From Mobula hypostoma (Eukaryota), in NCBI RefSeq assembly GCF_963921235.1, contig NC_086097.1, positions 126,420,001 to 126,484,000 on the forward strand: 64,000 nucleotides of DNA. The letters are read 5' to 3'. The notes below the pieces were generated by a model, which had not been told where the DNA came from, ran no database searches, and saw only the letters and a list, made by a program, of their open reading frames with translations. The first letter of the stretch is position 1; every line of letters begins with the position of its first letter. Below are positions 25,345 through 38,268 of this stretch, piece by piece. Position numbers and translations under genes: made by a program.

Positions 25345-26008
25345 AAAGGACACACAATCCTTGTTTATTGTCATTTAGTAATGCATGCATTAAGAAATAA
25401 TACAATGTTCCTCTAGAATGTTATCACAGAAACATAAGACAGACCAAGACTAAAAAACTGACAAAAACCACGTAATTATAACATATAGTTACAACAGTGC
25501 AAAACAATACCGTAATTTGATAAAGAACAGACCATGGGCACAGTAAAAAAAAGTCTCAAAGTCTCGAAGGTCCCATCATCTCACGCAGATGGAGAAGGAG
25601 GAAGAAAACTCTTTCTGCCATGAACCTCCAACGCCGCAAACTTGCTGTTGCAGCACCCTGGAAGCACCCGACCACAGTCGACTCTTGAGTCCGTCCAAAA
25701 ACTTCAAGCCTCCGACCAGCCCTCTGACACTGAGCACCATCTCTGCCCAGCACTTCGACCCCGCCCCGGCTGCCAGCAACAGGCAAGGCTGAGGATTTGG
25801 GTCCTTCCCCTCCGGAGATTCTCGATTGCACAGTAGCAACGGCAGTGAACCGGGCATTTCAGAAGTTTCTCCAGATGTTCCTCTGTGCTTCTCACGTCTG
25901 TATCCATCAAATCAGGATTGTGCATGGCATCTTACTTGACAGATAACAGACATCATCATCACTGGAGAGGCCGCACGTGCTGCGTCGCACCGCCATCTTC
26001 TCCTCCCC
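25345..26008 (-). mobile_element. Non-autonomous LINE-derived/SINE-like element
   Basis: Minus-strand start ggggaggagAAGATGGCGg (YY1-type motif), GC/CpG-rich body, AATAAA near the 3' end, no credible ORF. Confidence 0.55.
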
Positions 26009-26304
26009 TTTTTCTTTTCCTATCCAGATTATTGAATCCAGGGTAGTGAAACACTAGCCAGGCAATGCAACCATTACACCCCATTCCCACACTCATTAGA
26101 TACAGCTATGTTACTTGTCACAAATACTACTTACTGTAACATTGCACATTCTAAGTCCTACACTCTGTTACTACATTTGGAAACAGCTCCACCTCTACTT
26201 AGTCAATCCATTTCACGATTCCTTCAAAAAGCCTCTCTCTGTTCAACGTTCTCTAGCATTAATATTATGCTAATCTATTTTGTCTGTGGTCTTGCATCAT
26301 CCAG

Positions 26305-27290
26305 CTGAAGGTCTGTGATTAGTGATGTTCCGCAGGGGCCTGTGTTGGAACATCTGCTGGTTGTGGTGTATTTAAATGATCTGGATAAAAATGTAGATGG
26401 GTACATCTGCAGATGATATGAAGATGGGTGGTGTTGTGAATAGCATAGCAGACTAGCAAAGAATACAGTGAGATTTACAGTAGATTAGTTGCAGATATGG
26501 GCAGAGAAATGGCAGATGGAGTTTAACCTGGCCATCTTGGTAAGTCAAATGTGAAAGAGACAGTATACTGTTCTGGGCAAAATCCTTAACAGTGGTGATG
26601 AGCAGAGGGACTGCAGGGTCCAAGTTCACAGTCCCTGAAAGTGGCTACACGAGGTGGTTGAGAAGGTACATGGCGTTCTTGCCTTTATTAGTTGAGACTC
26701 TGAGTTCATGAGTCAGGACGTTATGTTACAGCTTTATAAAACTCTAGTTTGGCCGTTTCTGGTGCTGTGCATACATTTCTGGTGCCTCTATTAAAGGAAG
26801 GATATTGAGACTTTGGAGAGGGTGCAGAAGAGGTTTACCAGGATGCTGCCTGGATTAGTAGACATTCTATAATGAGAGGCGGGACAAACTTGGGTTGTTT
26901 TCTCTGGAGCGCTGGAAACTGAGGGGAGATCCGATGAAGGTTTATAAGATTTTGAGAGGCATAGATAAAGCAGACAATCAGTATCTTTTATTTTCCCAGG
27001 GCTGAAATGTCTAATACCAGAAGGCAAGCATTTTAGGTGAGAGGAGGTAAATTCAAAGGTGATGTGAGTGGCAAAGTTTCTTTACATAGAGAGTGATGGA
27101 TGACTGCTCGGGCTGGTGGTAGAGGCAGATACACTAGGAATTTTTAAGAGATGTTTAGAAAGGCACATGAATGTATTGGGAATGGAATGATATGGACATT
27201 GTGTGGGCATAAGGAATTGGTTTATTTTACTGGTTTAATTGTTTCAGCACACCATTGTGGCTGAGGGGCCTGAACTGTGCTGTACTGTTA
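26305..27290 (+). mobile_element. Decayed CR1 RT 3' half and tail
   Basis: Degenerate SDVPQGPVL, ADD and ERVQKRFTRMLPGL; CR1-type tail. Confidence 0.8.
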
Positions 27291-27914
27291 ATAAAATCTT
27301 TCTTTGCAGTGGAAAATAGGGCAATGTTTCTCCTTCCTCCTCACATTGTAACCGCAAATCACATTAATACCCTTCCCTTGTTGTAGCAATGATATATTGC
27401 ATAGTCAGATTATAATGCTGGTACAAACACCAAACCCAGCCGTCCCAAAGAGCGAGCTTCCAGTTAGTGACACTGGGAACTGTGCGCAATACTTCAAACC
27501 TGTGGCAGACACATAAACATTTTCCGGGAACAAGGCATACCTTCTCCAATCCACAAACTCACTCCTACCTTGAGCAGTTATTTACAGAGAAATGACAAAC
27601 CATGCTTTTAATTACTCTTTGTTTCAGAAAGCAACATCTTAATTTTATGCAATAATGACAAGCTCTCTGTAGAACTGTCATTGCCTTGCTATTAGTAATT
27701 ATTAGTGATGAAGTATATTTTTTCTGACCTCATTTTCAACAACTCTAGCTGTCTTCTTATTCAAGATATCTTCCTTGGGTATAATTTTGTCAACATCATT
27801 ACCTAAGAATCAGTACAAAAAGAACAGATTTGGGTAACTCATATTTTCCCTTGTTAATGGAATTTATCTTTTGCAATGTTGTATACTTAATAGAGTGGCA
27901 AGTGAGTATATGTA

Positions 27915-28430
27915 TGTAACCGGGTGACTGTCGGATCTTATTCAGTATCCTTAAAAGTGTACTTAGGCAGCCATCCAGGTAATGCTAGAATAGTTGTCTG
28001 TGCCTTTAAGGGAGACGGTGATGTCATTACGCACGCGCGGGATAGTGGGGAGACCATTTTGTTTTTTGCTGAAGACGTGGTAAGGCGTTAGACTTGGGGT
28101 CCTCCCGAGGCTGGGCATTATTAGGAAAGATTTCCACGAGTGAAGAAATCAACGCTGGGTAGCGTGGCTTATACCAAGTTCCTCACCATCCAAGTAGGAT
28201 TGCCACTACGGTATTAGTTCTGGTATTTTTATACTGCATACGCAATTCTGTCCATACACGAGGGTGTGAATTGAAAGTTAAACTGAGATTGTAACAGCAA
28301 GAACTGGTTGTAAATTCGTTCGTTTTGTTTCACGACCCTCTTCTGGCACTTAAACATTGAAAACCAATAAAGGAATTAAAACCGTAAAAGTCTTTGTTGT
28401 CCTGAGTGTGTACTTTTTCCCCAGGCTACA
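27915..28430 (+). mobile_element. Putative solo LTR
   Basis: TGTAACCGGG...CCAGGCTACA termini (8/10 inverted match), CpG-richer body, AATAAA near 28366; TSD not clean. Confidence 0.45.
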
Positions 28431-29017
28431 AAATGTATATTTTTTTAAATCCATCAATCCACTCTTACCACAATAACTGGAATTCAAATCAGTGTCACTC
28501 TTCTCTTCTTTGATGCTGTGGTCCCCGTCATCCTGAATGAGAATTCAACAATATCAGCATTATATCAATCCAAAACAAAATCACGCAACCACTGGTACTG
28601 AATCTCACAATACTCGATCCCAGAAATAACGTGTCCATTGCACTCGCCATCATTTCCAAAAGCAGCGGCCAGCCTGATGCCACAAAGCAGTATGTTGTGT
28701 GAACTTATGTCTGACTGCCTACATTCAGCACTGAAGATCAGTGCTGAATCCCCAGAGCAAAACAGGCAAATGCTTCAGTCGAAATGGTGGAACCAACACA
28801 GAGTTAATGTTTGAAATATGGGGTGCATTAGACCAAAACAGCGAACAGTAGAGGAATCAAGAAAATGCCAACCGGAAGGAGAAAACAAAAAAAAGACATA
28901 AAGGAAAATAGCGTTTTGTTTCTAAATTTTTGAGCAACTCACTTACTGATGTAATGACAGACAAAACTGTTGTTGGAGGGCTAGAGAGCTTGATTGCTGC
29001 TTATTAGCTGTGATCAT

Positions 29018-29260
29018 GGGTGTCATGGTAGCATAGTGGTTAGTATAATGCTATTACAGTGCTAGTGACCCAGGTTCAATTCTGCTGCTGGCTCTGAGGA
29101 GTTTTACGCTCCCTGTGACTGCATGGGTTTCCTCTTGGTGCTCCAGTTTCCTCCCACATTCCAAAGATGTACAGGCTGGTAGGTTAATAGATTGCATGGG
29201 TGTAATTGCAGCGTGGTCTTGTTGGGTTGGAAGAGCCTTTACCGTACTGCATCTCTAAAA
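29018..29260 (+). mobile_element. tRNA-derived V-domain SINE
   Basis: tagcatagtggttag A-box, ggttcaattc B-box, V core. Confidence 0.75.
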
Positions 29261-29915
29261 TGATGCTGTTAGTTACTGCACTTAATGCTCCCCAGAGAAT
29301 TTAGTGGAACACTAATATACAAATTCAACAAGGCCAAAGGCAATACAATGCTTGAGTGAAGAGTCTGTCAACTAGTAAACTCTGGAGATTCACAATTCAA
29401 GCCTTTCATTTAACCCTCACTGTGGACTTTGTGGGTCAGTAAACGCTGTGTGTTAAGGGCAAGCCATTAGTTTCCAAGCAAGCTCTGGACTGGTAATTAA
29501 CATAAAGAAATGTTGTCATATAATCCCCAGCTCTTTTTCAGTGAATGCAGCTCTAATTCATAGCAGTCGATCACATGAAAAGAAGCGTAGAACAAATTTA
29601 GCCAACATTGTAACATCTTAAACCTTACAAAACTTGTTACAGGCTAATGGATTCCACTAGACACTTCCAACATTCCTATGTCAACAATGGAAGCTATATG
29701 GTATATTTTGTAACCCAGGGATACTGCTGATTCATGCTGTATGACTTCATGATGACATTTTAAATGTTAGTCATTCTATTCTGAGCTACTGTACACCCTA
29801 ACAATATGAAGTCATTCTAAGTTATTGTACTGTGCACAGTTATTTCATGTCTTGGATTTTTTGTTTTATTGATACCCAAAAGATTAGCTCTCTACTTGGC
29901 TGTAAAACAACATAC

Positions 29916-30106
29916 CTGTGATACATCTGAAAGTGTGCTCATGGTTTCTGCTTCAAAGCACAGTTTGTTTTTCCTTCTGCTAATAGAATAAGCATCTTGC
30001 TGAGAAGGTTTGTCAAAAAACATCTGGCGGCAAGTGCCTTCTGCAAATTCTGGATTATCTAGCGTGAAACTCTCTTTCTGATTCTGACAGTCACACATTT
30101 CCAAAC
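29916..30106 (-). CDS. Host gene candidate exon K (LEMCDCQNQKESFTLDNPEFAEGTCRQMFFDKPSQQDAYSISRRKNKLCFEAETMSTLSDVSQ)
   Basis: gttttcgcag acceptor, CAG|gtatgt donor, 191 nt, phase 1->0; lies inside ORF 29892..30125. Confidence 0.65.
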
Positions 30107-30665
30107 CTGCGAAAACATCAAACATTTTGTTTAGTAGAAAGGAGTTTTCTTTCTATGAAATAATGGTGAACCCTGTTCAGATACTGGGGGATTGTGAGAT
30201 CAGGAGCAAAACTGGGGATGGTAGGGGGAGCAGAAAGTTCGTCCAATGTTGAGGAAGGGGATAAACGGTAAAGGTGAGTGCAGAACTGAGTGGATAGAGA
30301 TCTTAGTTCATGGTTATATTAGGAAGATCTAGTTGTCTCATCATTCCTGGGCCAAAATGTTCCAAGTTCCCCCCCAAATGCTCCAAACATTGACGGTCAA
30401 TGAGTCACCCTTTGCTAAATTCCTACCAAGTATCTGGTTTAATCTTCAGATGCTACCTGCAAATGGCTAAGCATCTTACCCATGAGAAGAAAGAACAACT
30501 TTCAACTACATGAAATTGAAGCAGACATTACTTTGCAGTTGAATTCGTGGCAATTCATTCATCCATGGAGTTCAAGTAATTAGCCAGAGCTTGTCGAGCA
30601 TTTGAAGCCATGAGATATTTTTGTTCAAATTAAGATTATTGTGGGTATATATAAAATGTTTTCAC

Positions 30666-30741
30666 ATAAAGTGAGATCTTCTAAGCGACACAGTTGGGCA
30701 AAGGCGCTGAAGAAAAGTTGTGCAGTACTTGGTTCCATTAC
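30666..30741 (-). CDS. Host gene candidate exon J (VMEPSTAQLFFSAFAQLCRLEDLTL)
   Basis: ttttgtttcctgtgttgtcag acceptor; weak T|gtgaaa donor, phase 0->1. A stronger same-phase donor exists at 30479 but with stops in between. Confidence 0.5.
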
Positions 30742-32997
30742 CTGACAACACAGGAAACAAAATAATATGGGGAGGACATCCGGGTCATCAAGGGAATGGT
30801 GGCGTCTAAGAAGGTAAGCTGCCCCAAAGTCGAAATTAGACTAATATTTAGCATTGTATAACTATATCAATAAAAGGGGCAAGGATGATGTCTAAGAACA
30901 AGAATAAAAAGTCCACTCAGAAGGCTGATAAATACAAAGAGACACAGCAAGACAAGGGGCCTAGCTCCCCCATGGCTAGCCAGGATGGAGGTATTGAGGA
31001 AGAATCAGTGAATCTGACTTTGATTCTCAGAGAGATTTGTGAGTTCCAACAAGATAACAACAAACAGCTGGAAGATATTAAAGGAGAAATAGTAAAAACT
31101 AATTTGAGGTTAGATGAAGCCGAAACGAGGATTGTAGGGACAGAGGAGAGGCTGCAAAATGCAGAGGAAGTAATAGCAGAATGGTAAAGCTACAAGAGCA
31201 GCTCCAGTGGAAGCTAATAGACCAAGACGGCCGCTCAAGAAGGGAAAATGTGAGGATCTATGGAGTTCCTGAAGGAGTTGAAGGTAAGCCCAGATTGGTG
31301 ATTCCCTTTGTAGAGAAGCTGCTTAGAGAGAGCCTTGATATACCGGACGCTAAAGACCTACAGACAGAAAGGGCCCACTGCACATTAGCACCACAGCTCC
31401 TGGCAGGCACCCAGCCCAGATCGATTCTAGTCAGATTTCTCAGTTACAGAACGAAGGAAGAGGTGCTTAAACAGGCATGACAAAAGAAAAGCTTTATGTG
31501 GAACAACTGTAAAATCAGTTTAGACTACGATTACGCACCAGGGATCCTTGCCAGATGGAAGGAATACGCGGAGGCATGGCGGGTCCTGAAAGAAAACAAC
31601 ATCAGATTCCAGACCCTGTATCCAGCTCGGCTAAGAGTCTTTTACGATGAAGGGACAAAAACCTACGCTACAGTGGAAGAGGCAACGTCGGACCTGGTGG
31701 ACCGGGGACTACCCATAAAAGTTATCACCCAACCGGAGCCGTTACTGGAGAGGATTCGGCAGAAGTCATGGCAGCCAGTGTGGCGAGGACGCTCCACTCC
31801 AACCAGATTGTCAAACTACAAGGAAAAGCTGCAAATATTCAGATGCGAACTTACAGAGCGTGTAGATTAATTAAAGAGAAATGACTGGAAAGAGTAAATC
31901 GGACTTAAAGGTAAAATGAAAGCTGGTAACTGAAAATAAACCAGACAGAATAACTTGAATGATAGCAATATGGTGGAGACATAAAAAGAGAATTCTCCAT
32001 GATAGTTCACACTGTGGAGGGCCCTCTAACACGGGGTGAAGATAGATGTTATCCCTCCGAGCTGAGGCGGGTCGGTGCTCAGGCCTCACTGTTGGAAGTC
32101 GGGGAAAATCTTCAAATGTTATACGTTCAAAAATGTCTAGGGTGTGGTTTTATATTCTGGTTTACTGTTGAGAAGGGATTGCTTACTGTTTGTTTAGAAA
32201 AGGAGAGTGTTTTTTTCTATTAGAGAAAAATGCAAATTGAAATGGTAAAAATAATTTCCTATAATGTTAATGGGGTTTTGAATCCAATTAAGAGAAATAA
32301 GGTTATGTCTAAATTGAAAAAAGAGAGGACGCAAATAGCTTTCCTCCAGGAAACATACATGTGCCAATCCGAACATGCATAATTAAAAAGAATGGGCTTT
32401 AAGCATGTATTTTATTCATCATATAAATCAGCGGTCCCCAACCACTGGGCCGCAAAGCATACGCTACCAGGCCGCGAGGAAACGATATGATTTGGCGATA
32501 GGAGTCAGCTGCACCTTTCCTCATTCCCTGTCACGTCCACTGTTGAGCCATTACGCACGCGTCATCCATGTCAGCGCGGGAAGGAGATCAACTCCTCGAG
32601 CTTGCAAATGACGGCGGGCTGAAAAGTATGTTTGATATAACATCTCTGCCGGCATTCCAGATCAAAGTCAAGACTAAATATCCTGAGATAGCCACGAAAG
32701 CACTGAAACGTTGCTTTCATTTCCAACATTTTTCTGCGAAGCGGTGTTTTCTCCAATGAATGCAACGAAGACCAAATTGCGGAATAGACTGGACACAAGG
32801 AACCCCCTTCGAGTATCACCGTCTTCCATCACCCCTCGATAGGACCGTCTTGTTGCAGGGAAACAAGCCCAGGGCTCTCACTGATTCAGCGATATTGGTG
32901 TGTTGCAATGATTTTATATGTTCATACGGGAAAAATATCCGCTGTGTGTTTAATATCCAAACATTACTTAAAATGCTATGATGCTATTGACTTACTT

Positions 32998-33192
32998 ATA
33001 TAACCATATAACAATTACAGCGCGGAAACATGCGATCTCTGCCCTTCTAGTCCGTGCCGAACGCTACTCTCACCTAGTCCCACCGACCTGCAGTCAGCCC
33101 ATTCCTTTCCTGTCCATATACCTGTCCAATTTTTCTTTAAATGATAATATCGAACCTGCCTCTACCACTTCTACTGGAAGTTCGTTCAACAC
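32998..33192 (-). mobile_element. CR1 3' tail inside the hAT element
   Basis: Reverse complement resembles CR1 3' ends (gtggtagaggcaggttcg...ggacaggtatatgga...tgggactagg). Confidence 0.65.
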
Positions 33193-33402
33193 TTATTTCA
33201 AGCTCCCATGTCCTCCCCTGATAATTGCTATATTATCGCTATATTCATGTGAGCAAATATGCGCTGTGTGCTTAATATTAAATTCGTTAGTTAAATCATT
33301 TTAGAAACGAAATTGAGTGTATTAGCCACTTATCCCCTATAATCCGGTTGTGATTAACCCCTCCCCCCGAATGGAATCGCCAAAACCGATTTGCAGAGAA
33401 AA

Positions 33403-33627
33403 AAGCAACACACATCAAAGTTGCTGGTGAACGCAGCAGGCCAGGCAGCATCTCTAGGAAGGTACAGTCGACGTTTCAGGCCGAGACCCTCCGTCCTGAC
33501 AAAGGGTCTCGGCCTGAAACGACGACTGTACCTCTTCCTAGAGATGCTGCCTGGCCTGCTGCGTTCACCAGCAACTTTGATGTGTGTTGCTTGAATTTCC
33601 AGCATCTGCAGAATTCCTGTTGTTTGC
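33403..33627. mobile_element. Palindromic Penelope-like terminal insertion
   Basis: Arms 33403-33495 and 33498-33592 are near-perfect inverted copies; sequence is almost identical to the PLE end at 37582-37717. Confidence 0.85.
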
Positions 33628-36600
33628 AGAGAGAAAAAAAATCGGCTGGTACATGGGCGCATGCTCACTGGTGCTCGCGCAAGGCTTGATGGTCATTGTA
33701 GTCTTTGCTGGGTAAACACAACGTATTTGACTGCTACTTTCCGTTGGCAACCCTACTGCCCCCCGCCCCACGCCGGGTCAGCCGGTCCGCAAGAATATAG
33801 TCAATATTAAACCGGTCTGCAGTGCAAAAAAGGTTGGGGACCCCTGATATAAATTGAGCCACAAAAGAGGGGTAGCTACTTTAATATCAAGTGCTCTTAA
33901 TTATGAACATATTTCAGAGACTAAAGACAAGGATGGACAATTTGTAAAAATTACAGGAAGAATAGAAGGTACTGAAATGACATTGCTGAATGTTTATGCT
34001 CCACCAGGTTGTGAATGGTCATTCTATAGACACATTTTTGACCTAATGGTCAGTTCTCAAGGGGTAGTAATCTGTGGAGGGGATTTTAATATTAGGTTAA
34101 AGACTGCATTAGATTCTTCAAGAATAGTTACTTAGAGTAAACCTCTAACTAGGAGAGTGAATTCATTGATGGAGGAGTTCGGAATTATAGATGTGTGTAG
34201 GGAATTACACCCCACTAGTAAAGACTATACACATTACTCTTTCCCTCATTCAGCTTACTCAAGGATAGACTATTTTTTAATATTTAACACAGATAGACTC
34301 AGGATAAAAGACTGTAATATTACAACAGTTGATCTGTCAGATCATAGCCCAGTCTCTATGTCTCTAATCCTGGAAAGGAAAATGAGGAAAACACTATGGA
34401 GGTTAAATTCACATATACTCAATAACCCAAAAGTAATGGAGAGATTAAGGGGAGAAATCAAAGAATACCTAGACCTTAATGACACAGGAGAAACATCACC
34501 AGTGGTTTTATTGAAAGCTGTACTGTGAGGAAAAATTATTTCCGTTACCACTCACATGAAAAAGTCAATGCACAAAAATTAGCAGACCCTCAAGGAAAAT
34601 TTAAACAACTTCAAGTTGTGGATAGCAACAAAATTAATTCTAATTTAAAACAGGAAATTAAGAAATTGCAGTGTGAAATTGATGATATTTATACATTGGA
34701 AACTCAAAAGAAATTTTCTTTACCTGAGACAAAAGAATTATGAAGTAGGGGGTAAATCAGCTAGATTATTAGCATATAAACAACAAGCAGACAATACAAT
34801 TCATAAAATAAAGAATCCAAAAACAAAGCTTGTGGAGAGTACAATAGGGAAAATTCAAGAGAGTTTTGCAACATATTATTGAGAGCTGTCTTCTAAACCC
34901 CGGGCTTCCAATGAGCACTTTCCTGAATTCTTTAGATCTATCCAAGCTCACAGATTTACAAAATGAATGCCTATTAGAACCAGTAGCTGCCAAAGAACTG
35001 AATGCGGCCACCTCTAGATTAAAGGCTGGAAAGTCTCCAGGTTCTGATAGGTTTAGCTCAGACTGGTACAAATTGCTGAAGTCACAGTTAGCCCCATTAT
35101 TACTTAACACCTTTAATTGGATCTTACAGAGAGGAGAAATTCCACCTTCCTGGAGAGAAGCGATTATTTCAGTTATTCCTAAGAGGGTAAAGATAAACTC
35201 GAATGTGGTAATTACCGGCCAGTCAGCGTTCTTAATTTGGATTAAAAATTATTTACATCTATATTAGCGCACAGACTGGAAAAGCTTCTACTTGGCCTCA
35301 TCCACTTAGACCAGACTGGAATTATTCAACAAAGACAAACTCAGGACAACATAAGGAGAACTTTACACATACTAGAACAGGTTACTAAGAATGGGACAGA
35401 GACAATGGTAGTGGGATTAGACGCTGAGAAAGCTCGATTCAGTTAGTTGGGTATTCCTATACAGAGTGTTAGGAAGATTTGGCTTTCAAGAAAAGTTTAT
35501 TAAAGTAATCCAGACTTTATATGACAGCCCTACAGCTCGAATTAAGATAAATGGGGACCTCTCTGACTCCTTTATTTTAGAGAGAGGAACTAGACAGGGA
35601 TGCTCAATTTCTCCTCTCCTTTTTGCACTATACATTCAACCTCTTGCTCAACTAATAAGACAGAGTGAAATTGTAAAAGGTATCAAGGTAGCAGGTATTG
35701 AACAGAAAGTGGTGTTATTCGCAGATGACGTTTTAGTCTATCTGAGCGAACCAGAAAAATCATTTATAGGATTGTTTACACTGTTGGATGAGTTCGGGAA
35801 AATATCAGATTATAAAATTAATGTAAAGAAAACGCAGGTTATGTCCCTAAATTATACAACATCCAAAAAACTGCAGGATACATATGATCTTAAGTGGGAA
35901 GCTAAATCATTAAAATATTTCAGAATAACCCTGCCAAAAGATCTCTCAACGTTGTCACAGGTAAGTTATAGGCCATTAATTTCAGAGATAAAAGCAAATA
36001 TACATAGATGGAATCTTATACCCTTTTTAAGTTTAAATTCAAGGATAAATACCATAAAAATGAATACTTCCCCTCGGTTACTTTATCTTTTCCGAACTTT
36101 ACCTGTGGAGGTGGATGATAATCAATTCAGGGAATGGGAGAAATGGATTTCCTGCTTTATCTGGCAAGGAAAGAAACCTAGAATCCGATTTAACACCTTA
36201 CAGTTAGGGAAGGAAGGAAGGAGGTATGGCACTTCCTTGCTTGAGAAATTATTTTTTTGCTTCACAGATAACCCCTCTGTTATATTGGTGTAATAGGGAA
36301 TATAAGGCTAGATGGAAGGAAATGGAATTTGGATTGATTGACAGTTTTCCTCTATAGGCCTCAATAGCAGACAAAAGATTGATGGCCCAATTGGAAAAGT
36401 TTAAAAGTGGGAGAAAGAAGCGGGGTTGATACTTTCAGAGGAGGCTTGGGGGAAAATATGCAGCTGTCAGTGGTCTTCGACTAACTCTTTGATTTGGAGA
36501 GAACATTGTAGGAAAAATATTATAAGATCTTCAAGACCCCATACAAGGAAAAATATAAAGACACAAACTTGGCGTGTTGGAGAAGGCGTGGCTCCAAGGA

Positions 36601-36950
36601 GGCAAATCATTTCCATATTTTTTGAGATTGCCCTAAATTAAGTTTATATTGGAAAGGTATACACAGAACATTAGTTAAGGTATTTAAGACCCAGATACCT
36701 CTGAACTTTGAGACTCTATTTGGAGCATGTATTGTTTTTGGAACAGAAGAAAGATATAAAGCTGCTGCAGGCTCTTTTAGCGGCAAGTTAGAAATCAATC
36801 ACCAGAAAGTGGCTAAATCCAATATCACCTACATTAGAAGACTGGCATGAAATTATTTTGGAAATATTTAAAATGGAAAAGATGACTTACTCACCGAGAA
36901 TTCGAAAAGAAAAATTTTATCAAATTTGAAATAAATGGATCAAATTCATA

Positions 36951-37721
36951 GTCCTTCCAGGTGAGGCGACACTTCACCTGTGAGTCGGCTGGGGTGATAT
37001 ACTGTATCCGGTGCTCCCGATGTGGCCTTCTATATATTGGCGAGACCCGACGCAGACTGGGAGGCCGCTTTGCTGAACACCTATGCTCTGTCCGCCAGAG
37101 AAAGCAGGATCTCCCAGTGGCCACACATTTTAATTCCACATCCCATTCCCATTCTGTCATGTCTATCCACGGCCTGCTCTACTGTAAAAATGAAGCCACA
37201 CTCAGGTTGGAGGAACAACACCTTATATTCCGTCTGGGTAGCCTCCACCTGATGGCATGAACATCGACTTCTCTAACTTCTGCTAATGCCCCACCTCCCC
37301 CTCGTACCCCATCTGTTACTTATTTTTATACACACATTCTTTCTCTCACTCTCCTTTTTCTCCCTCTGTCCCTCTGACTATACCCCTTGCCCATCCTCTG
37401 GTTCCCCCCCCCACCTTGTCTTTCTCCCTGGACCTCCTGTCCCATGATCCTCTCATATCCCCTTTGCCAATCACCTGTCCGGCTCTTGGCTCCATCCCTC
37501 CCCCTCCTGTCTTCTCCTATCATTTTGGATCTCCCCCTCCTCCTCCTACTTTCAAATCTCTTACTAGCTCTTCCTTCAGTTAGTCCTGACGAAGGGTCTC
37601 GGCCTGAAACGTCGACTGTACCTCTTCCTAGAAATGCTGCCTGGCCTGCTGCGTTTACCAGCAACTTTGATGTGTGTTGCTTGAATTTCCAGCATCTGAA
37701 GAATTCCTGTTGTTTGCGTTT
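36951..37721 (+). mobile_element. 5'-truncated Penelope-like element inserted in the L1 3' end
   Basis: GIY-YIG ORF 36961..37260 (VIYCIRC..CGLLYIGET..RF.EH..H..EEQ); 11-bp TSD tcaaattcata at 36940-36950 and 37722-37732. Confidence 0.92.
37582..37617 (+). ncRNA. Minimal type I hammerhead ribozyme motif (PLE-associated)
   Basis: agtc-CTGACGA-a-gggt ctcg gcct-GAAAC-GTC-gact: stem I, catalytic core, stem II, palindromic ACGT in place of stem III. Confidence 0.7.
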
Positions 37722-38232
37722 TCAAATTCATAACCCCAAAGCGAGCAGACTTTAGATGGCTCTCCTAATGGTTTATACGCTTTCCTCATCAACATAGTAA
37801 TTGTGTTAACGTAAGCACCCTTGGTTCGATTGTTTACTGTTCCTTTTTTTGGAAAACGGGAAATTAAAACAAGTAAAGGAAAAGATTTGAGAAAGGAAAA
37901 AATATGATAAAATGAAGTACTGTAAATAAGTACATAGGGATTGGGTAAGTATGTTTGTGGGTAGGAGCAAACATGAACGAGTTAAGACATAAACACCTAC
38001 GATGGAAGTTACATAGGGTTACATACAATATTTTGGACCAGAAAGAAACGGTCCAGAAGAGATACATGGAAATTATTATTAATCTCCTATTATTACTATT
38101 TTTTTACAACCATTATCAATACTTAGTCTAATAGAGTGGAATTACAACTGCAAATAATTATCTATTTAAGTGCCTAATTACTTTATATAATATCTCAATG
38201 TGTACTTGTGAATGTATAAACAATTATAGATC

Positions 38233-38265
<33 letters not shown>
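38233..38265. repeat. (AT)n microsatellite in the L1 3' UTR
   Basis: Directly visible in the sequence. Confidence 0.9.

Positions 38266-38268
<3 letters not shown>

Larger units (their letters stand above)
32429..33846 (+). mobile_element. Non-autonomous hAT transposon (Buster/Charlie type) inserted in L1 ORF2
   Basis: TIRs CAGCGGTCCCCAACC / GGTTGGGGACCCCTG; perfect 8-bp TSD ATATAAAT (nnnTAnnn); dimerisation-domain remnant KYPEIATKALK. Confidence 0.92.

Noticed and set aside
33403..33592. Repeat pair considered as CRISPR-like or an autonomous MITE
   Set aside because: A single inverted pair with no spacer array, fully explained by the PLE terminus.
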